Source: Octopus bimaculoides
Lineage: Eukaryota
Direction of reading: 5' to 3'
NCBI RefSeq assembly: GCF_001194135.2
Contig: NC_068999.1
Span: 22,080,007 to 22,144,006 of the forward strand
Length of the DNA: 64,000 bases
Shown piece after piece: positions 63,697-64,000 of the stretch; position 1 is the stretch's first letter; every line of letters begins with the position of its first letter. Made by a program: the position numbers and the translations under genes. The notes under the pieces are model-generated. The model was not told where the DNA came from. It searched no databases and saw only the letters and a list, made by a program, of their open reading frames with translations.

Positions 63697-64000
63697 GAGA
63701 CAAGTTACTTGAAGCATTTAACGAAATAGAAGGGGATATAGCATCATACAACGTGGAAGACAATTGGAGATTTCTGCGGGACAACCTGTTGAAAGCCACC
63801 GACCAGATTTGTGGGTGGTGTAAGGTCCCCTCCCGACCCAGAGTAACGTGGTGGTGGAACAAGGAGGTAGACAGGGCTATTAGACAAAAGAAACAGGCTT
63901 GGAAGGACTGGAAGAACGGTGGTAGCAGGGAATTGTACCAATGTGCCAGAAGGGAGGCTAGGCGACAGGTTTAGTTAGCCAGAGGGGAAGCAGATAAGGA
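63697..64000 (+). mobile_element. RTE LINE APE-RT linker fragment (runs off the window)
   Basis: RVTWWWNKEVDRAIRQKKQAWKDWK. Confidence 0.8.

Overview
AT-rich, intron-rich animal DNA. The SINE, LINE and microsatellite content points to an octopod cephalopod (inferred from repeat style, not from a database search). I reconstructed two convergent genes exon by exon; all introns are GT-AG with consistent phases. (1) The 3' part of a SHOC1/Zip2-like meiotic crossover gene on + (7 exons, 4197-19347, 643 aa in the window; upstream exons not identified). (2) An apparently complete 14-exon, 637-aa gene on - (55844-20881) encoding a signal-peptide protein with repeated Cys-rich DUF7042/7043/7044-like modules and a probable GPI-anchor signal; its promoter has NRF1, ETS and YY1 motifs near 56.7 kb. 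The introns hold tRNA-derived SINEs, RTE, R4/Dong, CR1-like and HERO-like LINE relics, a Penelope-like end, Helitron and Tc1/mariner fragments, MITEs and a solo LTR. The most interesting signals are minimal hammerhead-ribozyme motifs with palindromic stem III: one inside a tRNA-headed SINE with an inverted partner copy, and a second type at a Penelope-like end. There are also several long inverted repeats, a decayed exon duplicate and an RTE with a twin-priming-like 5' inversion. No rRNA, true tRNA gene or CRISPR array is supported.
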